A DNA stretch of 64,000 nt from Candidatus Pacearchaeota archaeon (GCA_018303945.1 JAGVXD010000019.1:2975-66974); one strand, 5' to 3'. Positions 43,854 through 54,703 are shown, numbered from the stretch's first letter. Made by a program: numbers and translations. The notes: generated from the letters alone by a model not told the origin.

Positions 43854-46241
43854 ATGGCAATTAAATATCCTAAAATAAAAGAAATAAAAAACTGGTCTCC
43901 GGAAATAGAAAATAGCATAACTTCGCAATGGAAGAAAAATGAAGAATGGAATTTTAACCTGAAAACACGCAAGCCAATATATTCTATTGACACTCCTCCC
44001 CCATATATCAATTCTCCAATTCACATGGGTCATGCTGTGACATACTGTTTTATGGATATGTTTGCCCGTTATCAGCGCATGAAGGGTGCAGAAGTCATCT
44101 TTCCGCTTGGATTGGATAGAAATGGTCTTCCAATTGAAATGAGTGTAGAAAAAAGATATAATATCTCTGCCTTTTCAGTAGGAAGAGAAAAATTTATAGA
44201 ATATTGTGAGAAATTGCTTGCTGAAACTTCCCTGGAATCTACTAATTCATTCTCAAAGCTGGGCATCTCGTTCACTTCTTATAAACCTGGAGATCACATC
44301 GGGGCACTTTACATGACTGATGCTCCGGAATATCGCTCTCTTACTCAATCAACTTTTATAGAATTATATAAGAAAGGCATGATATATGAAGACAAAAGGA
44401 TAAATAACTGGGACACAAAACTTCAGACAACGGTCGCGGATGCAGAAATTGACTATAAAGATATGCCTTCTGTATTCAACTATATAAAATGGAAAGTTAA
44501 AGAGACGGGAGAAGAGATAATAATTGCAACAACGCGGCCAGAATTAATATGTACGTGTGGGATGATAATATATAATCCGGAAGACGGGCGCTACAAGCAT
44601 CTTGAAGGAAAGACAGCAATATCTCCCGTGTTTGGGAAAGAAATACCTATTTCAGAACATCCCTTAGCAAAAATAGAAAAGGGAACTGGTTTGGTCATGA
44701 TGTGTTCAGCAGGAGACCTGTCAGATATTCAATTTTTCAGAGAAATGAATCTCGTCCCCACAATAGCAATAAACAAAGAAGGACGCATGAACGAGCACGC
44801 CGGTTTGCTTAACAATCTTAAAATAAAAGAAGCTAGGCAAAAGATAATGGAAGAGCTGAAAAAAGAAGGTCTTCTTGCAAAGCAGGAAAACATAATCCAC
44901 AGCACTCCGGTTTCAGAGCGTTCAGGAGCAGAGATAGAATTTATTGAAATGCCTGAATATTACTTAAAACAGTTAGATTTTATTGACTCAATAAAAGATA
45001 TAGCTAATGAAATTAAATTTTATCCTCCTGAATCACGTAAGATTTTAGATTCTTGGATTGATAATATATCAATAGACTGGCCAATTTCACGCCGTAGATT
45101 TTACGCAACTGCGGTTCCTCTTTGGTACAATGAAGAAGGATATGTTGCAGTCCCTCTTCCAGGAGAATATTATCAGCCCTGGAAGGAAAAAGTACCTGAA
45201 AACGCAGAAATATTCAGGAATGGAAAATTAGTCGGCACTTTAAAGCAGAAAGAATTCAAAGCCAAAAAATGGGTTGGAGATGAACGTGTGCTTGATACAT
45301 GGTTCGATTCATCAATATCAGAGCTTTTTATATTGAAATATAAAAAAGATGGCTTGTTTTTCAAAAAAGCATATCCTGCAACTCTTCGTCCGCAAGGCAA
45401 AGAAATTGTGCGTACATGGCTGTACTATACAATTCTAAGAGGATATCTCGAAACAAATAAAGCGTGCTTTAAGGATGTCTGGATTCATCAGCATATTCTT
45501 GACGAAAAAGGCAGAAAGATGTCAAAATCTCTAGGCAATATTATAGACCCGCAGCAAATCCTTGAAGAATATGGTGCAGAAGCAATGCGCATCTGGGCGG
45601 CAACTGAAGGAGATTTATCAAGACAGGATTTCGCATGTTCAAAAGATAAGATTCGCGCGGAGCTGAAAACAATTAACAAACTTGTAAACATGACTAGATT
45701 CATAACACAGTTCAGGAAACCCAGAAAGAAGCCAAAGCTAACTCATATGGATTCAATTTTCATTGAGTTGGTAGAGAAAATTACTTCAGAAACCGATAAG
45801 TCTTATTCTGTATATGACTTCAATCATCCTTCGCAGGAACTTCGCGCTTTCCTGTGGGAGACCTTTGCTTCTCACTATATTGAAATTGTAAAAAGCAGAG
45901 TATATAATGCAGAAAGTAGATTCACTCCTGAAGAAAGCGAATCAGGAAAATACACCCTTTACTATCTTTTAGAGAGATTAATTCAATTACTCTACCCTAT
46001 AATCCCTCAAATAACTTCATCAATTGCGTCAGAATTGAAAATAAATATAGAAAAATTTCCTAAAGCTGGAAAATTTTCAGATAGCAATTTAGTTGATAAG
46101 ATTATGGAGCTTAACAGCAGAGTATGGAAAAGTAAGAAAGAACTGGGAATATCTCTGAGAGAGCCTATTTCCGGAATAGAAATTCCTCCTGAATTGCAAA
46201 AATTTGAGAAAGATATTCGAGCTTGCCATAATCTGCAGTAA
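43854..46241 (+). CDS. valS: valyl-tRNA synthetase (class Ia, short form)
   Basis: PPPYINSPIHMGH and KMSKSLGN, with an editing-domain region. 795 aa. Confidence 0.8.
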   Translation: MAIKYPKIKEIKNWSPEIENSITSQWKKNEEWNFNLKTRKPIYSIDTPPPYINSPIHMGHAVTYCFMDMFARYQRMKGAEVIFPLGLDRNGLPIEMSVEKRYNISAFSVGREKFIEYCEKLLAETSLESTNSFSKLGISFTSYKPGDHIGALYMTDAPEYRSLTQSTFIELYKKGMIYEDKRINNWDTKLQTTVADAEIDYKDMPSVFNYIKWKVKETGEEIIIATTRPELICTCGMIIYNPEDGRYKHLEGKTAISPVFGKEIPISEHPLAKIEKGTGLVMMCSAGDLSDIQFFREMNLVPTIAINKEGRMNEHAGLLNNLKIKEARQKIMEELKKEGLLAKQENIIHSTPVSERSGAEIEFIEMPEYYLKQLDFIDSIKDIANEIKFYPPESRKILDSWIDNISIDWPISRRRFYATAVPLWYNEEGYVAVPLPGEYYQPWKEKVPENAEIFRNGKLVGTLKQKEFKAKKWVGDERVLDTWFDSSISELFILKYKKDGLFFKKAYPATLRPQGKEIVRTWLYYTILRGYLETNKACFKDVWIHQHILDEKGRKMSKSLGNIIDPQQILEEYGAEAMRIWAATEGDLSRQDFACSKDKIRAELKTINKLVNMTRFITQFRKPRKKPKLTHMDSIFIELVEKITSETDKSYSVYDFNHPSQELRAFLWETFASHYIEIVKSRVYNAESRFTPEESESGKYTLYYLLERLIQLLYPIIPQITSSIASELKINIEKFPKAGKFSDSNLVDKIMELNSRVWKSKKELGISLREPISGIEIPPELQKFEKDIRACHNLQ

Positions 46242-46312
46242 TCATTCTAACAAAGCACTAAGACCCTCATCTTTGCTTAAACCATAAACGAAAGAGAAAG
46301 AAATTGAAACTT

Positions 46313-46360
46313 CTTGTCAAGAACCAACCACTAAAGTAGGTGGCGTGTTTGGTTCTTGAT
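46313..46360. repeat. hairpin repeat, family R2 copy 1 (TCAAGAACCAA...TTGGTTCTTGA)
   Basis: Lies 70 nt after the valS stop. A near-identical copy is at 49511-49557. Confidence 0.75.
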
Positions 46361-46522
46361 GTATCAAAAAATTTCAATAAATTAACACGGAAATTTTTGG
46401 ATGCTCATAAATCAATTAGAATAAAGAGATTTCTAACATAACAAAGGTTAAGGAGTTCGTTTCACTCAACACCAATTTTTCCGTTATTTATATTAAAAAG
46501 AGAGATGAAAAATTATCCCAAA

Positions 46523-46750
46523 CTATCTTTTTTTGTATATTATATCTTGATGGTCAAAATCATCAAAGTTTATTGTATCTGTTGTTTTATCATATTGAAA
46601 AACAAGAACAAAATGCCCCCTAACGAAAAAACGGCGCGTGCCCCAAAACTCTAATTTTACTCTGCTTAGCAGTTTTTGATATTTTTTAACTCTCAGAAAA
46701 ATCTTCGGCATTTTTGCTTCGCAAAACCGATTGCATCTATGTCTCGTCAT
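46523..46750 (-). CDS. RelE/ParE-like toxin remnant (solitary, tentative)
   Basis: The C-terminus FVRGHFVLVFQYDKTTDTINFDDFDHQDIIYKK has the RelE-like pattern. No partner gene was seen. Confidence 0.3.
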   Translation of the reverse strand: MTRHRCNRFCEAKMPKIFLRVKKYQKLLSRVKLEFWGTRRFFVRGHFVLVFQYDKTTDTINFDDFDHQDIIYKKR

Positions 46751-46931
46751 TCCAAGTATTCACGAGAGTTGAACAGGCATTAACAGGCTCACTGCGTTGC
46801 ACTTTTTCGACCCAAATCTCTCACTTACTTTATAATTTAAATTTTGGTGAGCGACTTCTATAAATGTATCATGTTATACACAATTTGAGAGCGCTCGCAA
46901 GAACGGAGTGCCTGCACGATATAAGAAGATT

Positions 46932-47285
46932 TTATCTAAACTCCCAACCAATTATATCATTAAGAACATCTCTAACTTTTCTTTTCTCACCTAATGTTAG
47001 ATTATATGGTTTTAACCTTTCTTTTAAACCCTTCCCTGTTTTAAAGGTTACTCCAAAGGGTTTCGATGCTCGGATAACTATAAGGTCATCAATTTCATGT
47101 TGCTCATATGTTTCAATCTCTCCATCTGGAGAATAAAAGGCACACATCCTTACTATTCTTTCCTGCTGATGCCATTCACCTTCATTACTGAATGCTACTT
47201 CTTCATAACCTTCTTGAATTTTTCTTTGGAAAATTTCTCTTGCAGCATATAATGAATAAGGTCTAATTTCTTTTTGTTTTCCCAT
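46932..47285 (-). CDS. hypothetical protein
   Basis: 117-aa ORF. Confidence 0.5.
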   Translation of the reverse strand: MGKQKEIRPYSLYAAREIFQRKIQEGYEEVAFSNEGEWHQQERIVRMCAFYSPDGEIETYEQHEIDDLIVIRASKPFGVTFKTGKGLKERLKPYNLTLGEKRKVRDVLNDIIGWEFR

Positions 47286-47531
47286 AATGTAAATGCATAA
47301 TTAGCAGTTTATAAATATTTATATAATGACAAATAAAATAACGAGCTTTATAGTAGGACATGTCTATGTTCCAAATCCTAGACCAGACCATCCAACATCC
47401 TATAAACACACTGTTGGTGAATTAGCAAAGATGTATATTAAGCTTGATGGGGTTTCCCCCTCCCAGTCGCATATATAGCTTATTGAGAAATATTTTAAAT
47501 GTTAAGGCATAGATATTAATTTATAATCTTT

Positions 47532-48299
47532 TTAGATATAATTTAATTTTATGAATTTGTCTATTTCCTTCCAAAACGCATTTATTAAATGTTCATTTAG
47601 CCCGTGTCCTAAATAATGCTCTATATAAGTGGCTTTGTTAAGATTCGTCAGCATCTCTTTAGTATGTCTAAAAGCAACAACTTTATCATTTGGATCATGT
47701 AAAACTAAAACTGGAAAGTCAATAAGTCCATGTATATAATTTACAGGATTTATGTCTTTAAATTTCATAGCGCGATTTCTAAGATTGTCAAAAGAGAGTC
47801 TGTAACAATTTTTATAGGCTCTTTTAACAAAAGAAGTGAGATGTTCTAAATCCTGTTCATCTCCGTTTTCATTATGTTTTGCAAAATCCCATACTGGAGA
47901 TGCGAGAATTAAGTGGCTAAAACCAGGTTCTTTTGCGACCAGTCCTGAAGCTACAGCTCCTCCAAAACTGCTTGCAACTAAGATAATCTTATTTATCTTG
48001 AAATTATGCTTTTTCATATCCCATAAGCTTTTGGCACTCCCTTTCCGCAGGTTTCTTGTAAACATTGTTAAATCATCTACCGGACTTTTTGATAGAAATG
48101 TACCTGAACTCTGATAGCTCCCCCTATATCTAGGCACAAATACATGATATCCTCTTTCAAAAAAGACTTCTATAATTTCATTGTAATCATTCCTTCCGGG
48201 AAAACCTGGCAGTATAATAACGACATCAGCATTCCTATCCTGTAATACGAACTCAAAAAATATACCACCATAATATGCCTTTAGCACTGGCTTTTTCAT
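47532..48299 (-). CDS. alpha/beta-fold hydrolase
   Basis: Nucleophile elbow VASSFGG and later D and H residues (HDPNDKVV, LGHG). Confidence 0.75.
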   Translation of the reverse strand: MKKPVLKAYYGGIFFEFVLQDRNADVVIILPGFPGRNDYNEIIEVFFERGYHVFVPRYRGSYQSSGTFLSKSPVDDLTMFTRNLRKGSAKSLWDMKKHNFKINKIILVASSFGGAVASGLVAKEPGFSHLILASPVWDFAKHNENGDEQDLEHLTSFVKRAYKNCYRLSFDNLRNRAMKFKDINPVNYIHGLIDFPVLVLHDPNDKVVAFRHTKEMLTNLNKATYIEHYLGHGLNEHLINAFWKEIDKFIKLNYI

Positions 48300-48376
48300 C
48301 CTTAAAACAAGAGTCTCCTGTATAAAAATCTTTCAACCACCCTCACCTTTATTAACTATCATTTTATTATTTTTGT

Positions 48377-49501
48377 ATGGCTTCAGAAACATACATTCCG
48401 ATAACATTGAACGACAAGCAAAAACAACAGCTTCAAGAGCTAGTCAACTTACTTGGGAGTATAAAGGGAAGCCATACTGAACTAGTCACTGTACTTATTC
48501 CTTCTGGCACTAATATACATCAAGTTTCAAGTCAGCTTGCTGCAGAAGCAGGAACTGCAGAGAATATAAAATCAAAGCAGACAAGAACAGCAGTTGTAAC
48601 GGCATTAGAGACAATTATCAGGAAGATAAAAGAATATAAACAGACTCCTCTGAACGGTCTTGCTATTTATTGTGGAAATGTTTCGGAGCGTGAAGGAGGT
48701 CAGGATATTAAATTATGGGCATATGAGCCTCCAAAACCCCTGCGTGTAAGAATGTATCGCTGTGACAAAACATTCGTCATTGAACCGCTTAAAGAAATGC
48801 TGGAAGTCACAGAAATATATGGTTTGCTGGTTATGGACCGCCGTGAAGCAACAATTGGAGTTCTTGAAGGAAAGCAAATCAAAGTAATTCGTGTGCTCAC
48901 ATCCGGAGTTCCAGGAAAAATAAAGGCTGGAGGACAATCAGCAGCGCGATTTGAACGCCTCACTGAAAGTCTTGCTAAAGAGTTTTTCAAGCGGGTGGCT
49001 ATTGCAATGAAAGAAATATTCTTTGACATGCCTAAATTAAAAGGGATAATTGTAGGCGGTCCAATACCTACAAAAGAAGAGTTCTTAGAATACGGCGAAT
49101 TAGTTACAAAACTAAAAGAGAAAGTGATTGCGGTGAAAGATATCGGCTACACTGATGAACACGGTTTAAAACTTCTTGTAGAATCTTCAGAAGAGGAAAT
49201 ATCACAGCAGGAGTTCATTAAAGAAAAAGAAATAATACAGAAATTTTTCGAGACCGTGGGAAAACACAGGGAGAAAGCAGTGTATGGAATAGAAAAAACT
49301 CGTCTGGCCCTTGAGCGTGGAGCAGTTGAAACTCTGCTTATTTCTAAAGACTTTCCCAGAGAGCAAGCTGAAGAATTAGAATCTGAAGCAGAGCGTATCG
49401 GCTCTGAAGTCTTTATAATATCAAACGAGAATCAGGAAGGAGAGCAATTCTTCAACATGACGAAGGGAGTTGGAGCCATTCTTAGATTTCAAATTGAGTG
49501 A
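48377..49501 (+). CDS. prf1: peptide chain release factor aRF1
   Basis: NIKS motif (TAENIKSKQTR) and GGQ (AGGQSAARF). Confidence 0.9.
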   Translation: MASETYIPITLNDKQKQQLQELVNLLGSIKGSHTELVTVLIPSGTNIHQVSSQLAAEAGTAENIKSKQTRTAVVTALETIIRKIKEYKQTPLNGLAIYCGNVSEREGGQDIKLWAYEPPKPLRVRMYRCDKTFVIEPLKEMLEVTEIYGLLVMDRREATIGVLEGKQIKVIRVLTSGVPGKIKAGGQSAARFERLTESLAKEFFKRVAIAMKEIFFDMPKLKGIIVGGPIPTKEEFLEYGELVTKLKEKVIAVKDIGYTDEHGLKLLVESSEEEISQQEFIKEKEIIQKFFETVGKHREKAVYGIEKTRLALERGAVETLLISKDFPREQAEELESEAERIGSEVFIISNENQEGEQFFNMTKGVGAILRFQIE

Positions 49502-49510
49502 AATAAATGA

Positions 49511-49557
49511 CTTGTCAAGAACCACCCACTAAAATAGGTAGCGTGTTTGGTTCTTGA
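49511..49557. repeat. hairpin repeat, family R2 copy 2
   Basis: Lies 10 nt after the prf1 stop. A second hairpin, GACTTCAAAAATGC..GCATTTTTGAAGTC, follows at about 49558-49593. Confidence 0.75.
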
Positions 49558-49629
49558 CTGACTTCAAAAATGCGAAGATGAGCATTTTTGAAGTCTTCGT
49601 TTCCCGATATAAAAGAATTGCGAATTACC

Positions 49630-49857
49630 TTAGTCACCAATAAGAACTAACCGACCAGACTCGTCGGCGTAAGTCAGATCATAACCGCCGGCACAGATGT
49701 CTAGGACCCCGTTGAGACAAAGTCCCGAGATGTCTACATTATAATTCAAAATCGTTCTTTCTCCGATTGGATTAAGTATTGGTCCTCCAACAGCAGGCTC
49801 AATTCCTGAAAGAAGAACTACAATAGGACATTGCAATTTGGTAAGTTCTGGATTCAT
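49630..49857 (-). CDS. hypothetical protein (frame stays open upstream without a canonical start, so possibly truncated)
   Basis: 75-aa ORF. The in-frame extension to about 49935 lacks ATG, GTG and TTG. Confidence 0.3.
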   Translation of the reverse strand: MNPELTKLQCPIVVLLSGIEPAVGGPILNPIGERTILNYNVDISGLCLNGVLDICAGGYDLTYADESGRLVLIGD

Positions 49858-49997
49858 CCTCTTTATTTGCTCAAGAATATAACTTGTCCGTTCTGTTTCA
49901 TAACGAATTACAATGCCTAAATCTACATAACAATCTTAGCCAAAACATTCTTATAGCGTGGCATAAACCATATAAAGCTTAAAAGCCCCATTTACAC

Positions 49998-52016
49998 ATG
50001 GATAAAAAGAAGAAGCATGAGGATTTAGTCATTGAAGCACAGAAGTTTTTCAATGCTCATAAAAAAGAACTTGGAGTGTCTTTAAGAAGCAGCGAAAGAG
50101 TCATTCATCTTAATTTCATGAGTCTGCAAGAGTTCTCTACACCCTTAGCTGACCATTTAAAAGAAGCCCCTGAAGAAACTATTGGAATACTTGAAGAAGC
50201 TATTGGAGAAAGCGGAATAGGCAAAGACCCAAGAGTCAGATTGACTGAAATACCTAAGGAATCTTTTTTTGTCAAAATAAGGGAAATTAGGGCTAGACAT
50301 CTCGACCAGTTTCTTTGGATAGAAGGAATTGTCCGCCAGGCTTCAGAAGTCCGTCCGCAAGTTGTAAACGCAAAATTTGAATGCCCGAGCTGTGGAGCAA
50401 TACTGTCAGTCCTGCAAATAGACAGGAAATTCCGTGAACCGAGCAGATGCACATGTTCATGGAAGGGAAACTTTAAACTTCTTTCAAAAGAAATGGTTGA
50501 CACGCAGCGCCTAATAATAGAAGAATCTCCTGACAGTTTAGATGGAGGAGAACAACCAAGACGCATAAATGTATTCTTAAAAGAAGACCTTGTTGAGCCG
50601 AAGATGGAAGAACGTACTACTCCCGGAAGCAAAATAAAGATTTATGGAGTGCTTAAAGAAGTCCCTGTACCATTGCCAACGGGTTCCATATCCACTCGTT
50701 TCGATATTGCTGTAGAAGCAAACAATATAGTCCCTCTTGAAGAATCCTTTGAAAGTCTTAATATTTCTGAAGAGGAAATTAAAGATATACTTGAAATTGC
50801 TGCAGATCCAAATGTCTTAAAGAGGCTTTCCGAGAGTATTGCTCCAAGCATATATGGTTTCGATAAAATAAAGGAAGCCGTACTTTTGCAGATTTTTGGA
50901 GGGGTGAAAAAAACTAAATCTGACGGAGGAAGCACCCGTGGAGACATACATATTCTGCTGGTAGGAGATCCAGGAGTAGCTAAATCTGTATTGCTTAAAT
51001 TTACTTCATCCATAGCTCCTAAAGGCCGTTATGTATCGGGAAAAGCAGCTACCTCTGCAGGATTAACTGCGGCTGTAGTGAAAGACGAATTCTTGAAAGG
51101 ATGGTCCCTTGAAGCGGGTGCCATGGTACTTTCAAATAAAGGCATGGTATGTATAGATGAAATTGAAAAAATGAATGAACAAGATAGAAGCGCAATGCAT
51201 GAATCCATGGAACAGCAAACTGTGACTATATCAAAAGCAAATATCCAAGCTACTCTTCGTTCTGAAACAACAGTATTGGCTGCTGGAAACCCTAAATTAG
51301 GGCGATTTGACCCTTATACGCCGATACCACAGCAAATAGACATATCTCCCGCTTTATTAAGCAGATTTGATATAATATTCATTATTCGAGACTTGCCAAA
51401 TAAGATTCAAGATGAAGCAATAGCATCTCATGTCTTGCAGGAACACAAGCAAAATGTTGTCCGGGACATCATAGAACAGCGTCTCCTGCGCAAATACGTT
51501 TCCTATGCTAAACAAAAATGCCGCCCAAAACTTACTGATGAAGCTATAGATGAAATAAAGGATTTTTATGTAAAACTAAGGAACCAATCTACTAAGAGTG
51601 ATAATGAAATAAAGCCAATCCCTATAACTGCCAGACAGCTTGAAGGAGTAATTAGGCTTTCTGAAGCACTTGCTAAAATGCGTCTTGCCCAGGAAGTTAA
51701 AAGAGAAGATGCAAAAAACGCAATTGAACTCTTAAAAACCTCTTTGAAACAAGTAGGTTATGATGAAGAAGCAAAAACTTTTGATATAGATAAGATTACC
51801 ACAGGCATAACTTCTTCAAAAAGAAGTAAAATTGTCGCAGTAAGAGAAGCAATATCCCAGCTTGAATCAAGAATGGGAAAATTAATCCCTCTTGAAGAAT
51901 TAGAAAAGATATTAGAAGGTAAAATTGCTCCTCTTGAACTAGAAGATGCCATAGGCCAGCTTACAAAGTCAGGCGATCTCTTCAGACCTAAGAAAGGATT
52001 TATACAAAGACTCTAA
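49998..52016 (+). CDS. mcm: MCM replicative helicase
   Basis: Zinc motif CPSCGA..CTC, Walker A GDPGVAKS, Walker B CIDEIEKM, arginine finger SRFD, and a C-terminal wH domain. Confidence 0.95.
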   Translation: MDKKKKHEDLVIEAQKFFNAHKKELGVSLRSSERVIHLNFMSLQEFSTPLADHLKEAPEETIGILEEAIGESGIGKDPRVRLTEIPKESFFVKIREIRARHLDQFLWIEGIVRQASEVRPQVVNAKFECPSCGAILSVLQIDRKFREPSRCTCSWKGNFKLLSKEMVDTQRLIIEESPDSLDGGEQPRRINVFLKEDLVEPKMEERTTPGSKIKIYGVLKEVPVPLPTGSISTRFDIAVEANNIVPLEESFESLNISEEEIKDILEIAADPNVLKRLSESIAPSIYGFDKIKEAVLLQIFGGVKKTKSDGGSTRGDIHILLVGDPGVAKSVLLKFTSSIAPKGRYVSGKAATSAGLTAAVVKDEFLKGWSLEAGAMVLSNKGMVCIDEIEKMNEQDRSAMHESMEQQTVTISKANIQATLRSETTVLAAGNPKLGRFDPYTPIPQQIDISPALLSRFDIIFIIRDLPNKIQDEAIASHVLQEHKQNVVRDIIEQRLLRKYVSYAKQKCRPKLTDEAIDEIKDFYVKLRNQSTKSDNEIKPIPITARQLEGVIRLSEALAKMRLAQEVKREDAKNAIELLKTSLKQVGYDEEAKTFDIDKITTGITSSKRSKIVAVREAISQLESRMGKLIPLEELEKILEGKIAPLELEDAIGQLTKSGDLFRPKKGFIQRL

Positions 52017-52072
52017 AAAAGATGTTGGCGCACCAACCAAAAACTTAAAAATACTTAAAACTCCAATTTGAC

Positions 52073-52684
52073 ATGGTTGAGCAATATAAAAGAAATATAG
52101 CCTATAAAATGCGCATTGGTGGCTTGCTTGCCGGCAAACCGTTATTGGAAGGTGATCGCCTTAAGTCTCTTGATGTTGGAGACAAGCAGGTAGTTCGTGT
52201 AAATCTTATCGCGAACATTATAGATAAATATATTCAGGAAGGAGAAAAGAAATTTGGCTCAATTACATTAGATGACGGAACAGGACAGATAAAGGCTAAG
52301 ACATTTGGAGATGATGTGGAAAAATTCACTCAGTTTAATCAAGGCGACACAGTAGTCCTTATAGGTCTGGTTCGTTCCTGGAACAACGAGGTATATCTGA
52401 CTCCTGAAATAATTAAGAAAAAAGACCCAGCTTACCTGCTTTTAAGAAAACTAGAGATAGAATCCAATATGCCCAAAACTCTCCCAACTGAACAGCGCAC
52501 AGCTTTAAAAGACAAAATATTGATAATGGTGAAGGAAGCAGAAAAAGACGGCGGCGTTGATATAGACAAGTTAATTCTTGAATTAAAAGAACATCCTGAA
52601 GTGATTAATCAGGAAATAAAAAAGCTTTTGGAAGATGGAACAGCTTATGAGCCTCGCCCGGGAAAGCTAAGATATCTCGGATAA
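52073..52684 (+). CDS. OB-fold plus winged-helix protein (RPA32/Stn1-like ssDNA-binding candidate)
   Basis: OB-like core VVRVNLIANIID...ITLDDGTGQIKAKTF...GDTVVLIG and a C-terminal wH-like segment. It lies adjacent to mcm. Confidence 0.5.
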   Translation: MVEQYKRNIAYKMRIGGLLAGKPLLEGDRLKSLDVGDKQVVRVNLIANIIDKYIQEGEKKFGSITLDDGTGQIKAKTFGDDVEKFTQFNQGDTVVLIGLVRSWNNEVYLTPEIIKKKDPAYLLLRKLEIESNMPKTLPTEQRTALKDKILIMVKEAEKDGGVDIDKLILELKEHPEVINQEIKKLLEDGTAYEPRPGKLRYLG

Positions 52685-52757
52685 TTTAATTATTGTTCAA
52701 TTAAAATTTCTTAGAGCAAAAATAATTTAAAAATACTTTATCCTGCACAGGAACACG

Positions 52758-53285
52758 CTAATGTTTCTCTACAAAGAAAGCATTCTCTAAAATTAACCTT
52801 ATCTCCTTATCAGTATATAGCGAAAACCACCTGTTTCCTCCCTTTTGAAAATTAAAAAATCCTTCCCCATTTCCTTCTTTTATAGATATTCCAAAATGTC
52901 CTCCATTTGTTAAAATATTATGGATAAGAGAGATAACTCTTGGAACTCTTTCTTTAGGTATATGTAATAAAGAAGTATAAGCCCAGACCATGTTAAAACT
53001 TTCTGGTGAAAATGACATGTTCTCAAAATCCATCTTTACAGTCTTTAAGCCTTTTTCTCTGCATTTCTTAAGTATTGCCTCTGAAAAATCTAGACAGTAA
53101 ACATCAAAACCACAATCCTTAAAATAATGTGCATGATTGCCTGGACCACTTCTCAAATCAAGAATACGCGCCCCTTTAGAAAGTGAATGAGATACATAAT
53201 CTAATTCTTTTCTGATGACGTTATTAGAGTAAGTTCCAAACTTAATATCGAAATAATCAGGATAAGCATCATAAACCTTTTGCAA
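52758..53285 (-). CDS. class I SAM-dependent methyltransferase
   Basis: Motif I ILDLRSGPGNHA plus a downstream acidic motif. Confidence 0.75.
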   Translation of the reverse strand: MQKVYDAYPDYFDIKFGTYSNNVIRKELDYVSHSLSKGARILDLRSGPGNHAHYFKDCGFDVYCLDFSEAILKKCREKGLKTVKMDFENMSFSPESFNMVWAYTSLLHIPKERVPRVISLIHNILTNGGHFGISIKEGNGEGFFNFQKGGNRWFSLYTDKEIRLILENAFFVEKH

Positions 53286-53310
53286 GTCTCTTTATTGTAA
53301 TCCATAATAA

Positions 53311-53955
53311 TTACTTCTTCCAAAACTGCCAGCTCTTCTTCTTTTGAGAATTCAATCTCAATGCAATCCATATCAATAAAACTAGTGATAAAAGCAATAG
53401 CAAAAATCTCCAGATATCACTAAGGTTCTCCCAATTTCTCACAGAACCGTAAAATATAGCGCCTACTCCCGAAGCCATTAAAGCGCTTCCGACAGGTTCC
53501 ATAGACAAAACAAGAAATCCAAGCAAGAGAGTTATGATTCCGGCAATTAACGCAATGATGAAAACTACTTTGGCATGAGCTTGCCTGGCATCATTATATT
53601 CCTTATTGCACAAATCACATTCTCTTACTGCAAGAGCGCACCCCCTCTCATTATATTCGTATATTGGCTGCCCTTCTTGGGCATAACATTGCTGTTCCTG
53701 CTCTCTTAATTTAGATGAGAAAGTGCAATTGGGGTCTCCCGAAACTGGATAAGGTTTGACAGGAGAGCGTTCAAACTCGCTTCCCGGAGTGCAAAAATCA
53801 TTGTATTGTGGAGAAGGATAAAATGCCTCAATGCCATAATTTAACATAAGCAGATAGACTACAAATATACCTATTCCAAGGACTAAATTCTTAACATTCA
53901 TAAAAATAATAAGTGAAAAGAGTTTATAAAGTTTCTTTAAGCAATTTCCAGACAT
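53311..53955 (-). CDS. Cys-rich membrane protein
   Basis: 214 aa with an N-terminal TM helix, an extracytoplasmic Cys-rich region and 3 C-terminal TM helices. Confidence 0.5.
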   Translation of the reverse strand: MSGNCLKKLYKLFSLIIFMNVKNLVLGIGIFVVYLLMLNYGIEAFYPSPQYNDFCTPGSEFERSPVKPYPVSGDPNCTFSSKLREQEQQCYAQEGQPIYEYNERGCALAVRECDLCNKEYNDARQAHAKVVFIIALIAGIITLLLGFLVLSMEPVGSALMASGVGAIFYGSVRNWENLSDIWRFLLLLLSLVLLIWIALRLNSQKKKSWQFWKK

Positions 53956-53997
53956 TCCGACAATAACCTTTAAAACCCCTCATCCTATCTGACTTAT

Positions 53998-54408
53998 ATG
54001 GAATCATATGAAAAACTGCTTGAAGAAGCTTACTCTAAAGTAAACGTAGTCAAAAAAGATAGCGGAAGATTTGAAGTGCCTCTGGTAAAAGGACAGGTAC
54101 AGGGAAAAAACACTATAATAACTAATATTAAAGAAATTGCAGATTACTTAAGGCGCCCTATAGAGCAACTGGCAAAGTTTCTGCAGAGAGAACTGGCAAC
54201 TCCGGGAAAAATAGACAACGAACGTCTTATCTTAAATTCAAAGCTAAATTCATCAAAAGTAAATGAGAAAGTTAATTCATATACGCGAGAATTTGTTATA
54301 TGTAACGAATGCAAAAAGCCGGACACAGAACTGATTATTGAAAAAGGAATTAAATTCAAGCATTGTCTGGCCTGCGGTGCCAAATCCCCCGTAAGAGCAT
54401 CAATATAA
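53998..54408 (+). CDS. eif2b: translation initiation factor aIF2 subunit beta
   Basis: C-terminal ribbon CNECKKPDT...CLACGA, and the size is typical. Confidence 0.9.
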   Translation: MESYEKLLEEAYSKVNVVKKDSGRFEVPLVKGQVQGKNTIITNIKEIADYLRRPIEQLAKFLQRELATPGKIDNERLILNSKLNSSKVNEKVNSYTREFVICNECKKPDTELIIEKGIKFKHCLACGAKSPVRASI

Positions 54409-54409
54409 A

Positions 54410-54703
54410 ATGTTTGTAAAGATTCACAAGTCTTATCGTACAGTAGTCGCAGTATGCGATGATGAAATAATAGGTAAAATATTTGAAGAAGGAATAAAAC
54501 AGCTAGATTGCAGGGAAAATTTCTACAAAGACAGAATTCTTAATCGTGAAGAATTAATAAAATTGCTCAAGATGCAGGCTCTTGAAGATGCGACATTTAA
54601 TATTGTTGGCAAAAATTCAGTGGATGCAGCGATTGAAGCAGAAATAGTAAGAGAAGGGAATATATCAAAAGTTCAGGATATTCCATTTGTGCTTATATTT
54701 TAG
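54410..54703 (+). CDS. DUF424-family protein
   Basis: MFVKIHKSYRTVVAVCDDEIIGK pattern. The position after aIF2-beta is conserved. Confidence 0.65.
   Translation: MFVKIHKSYRTVVAVCDDEIIGKIFEEGIKQLDCRENFYKDRILNREELIKLLKMQALEDATFNIVGKNSVDAAIEAEIVREGNISKVQDIPFVLIF

Noticed and set aside
49858-49997. Replication origin next to mcm
   Set aside because: There is no orc1/cdc6 gene in the window, and I saw no ORB-like inverted repeats flanking an AT-rich unwinding element in the intergenic regions around mcm.
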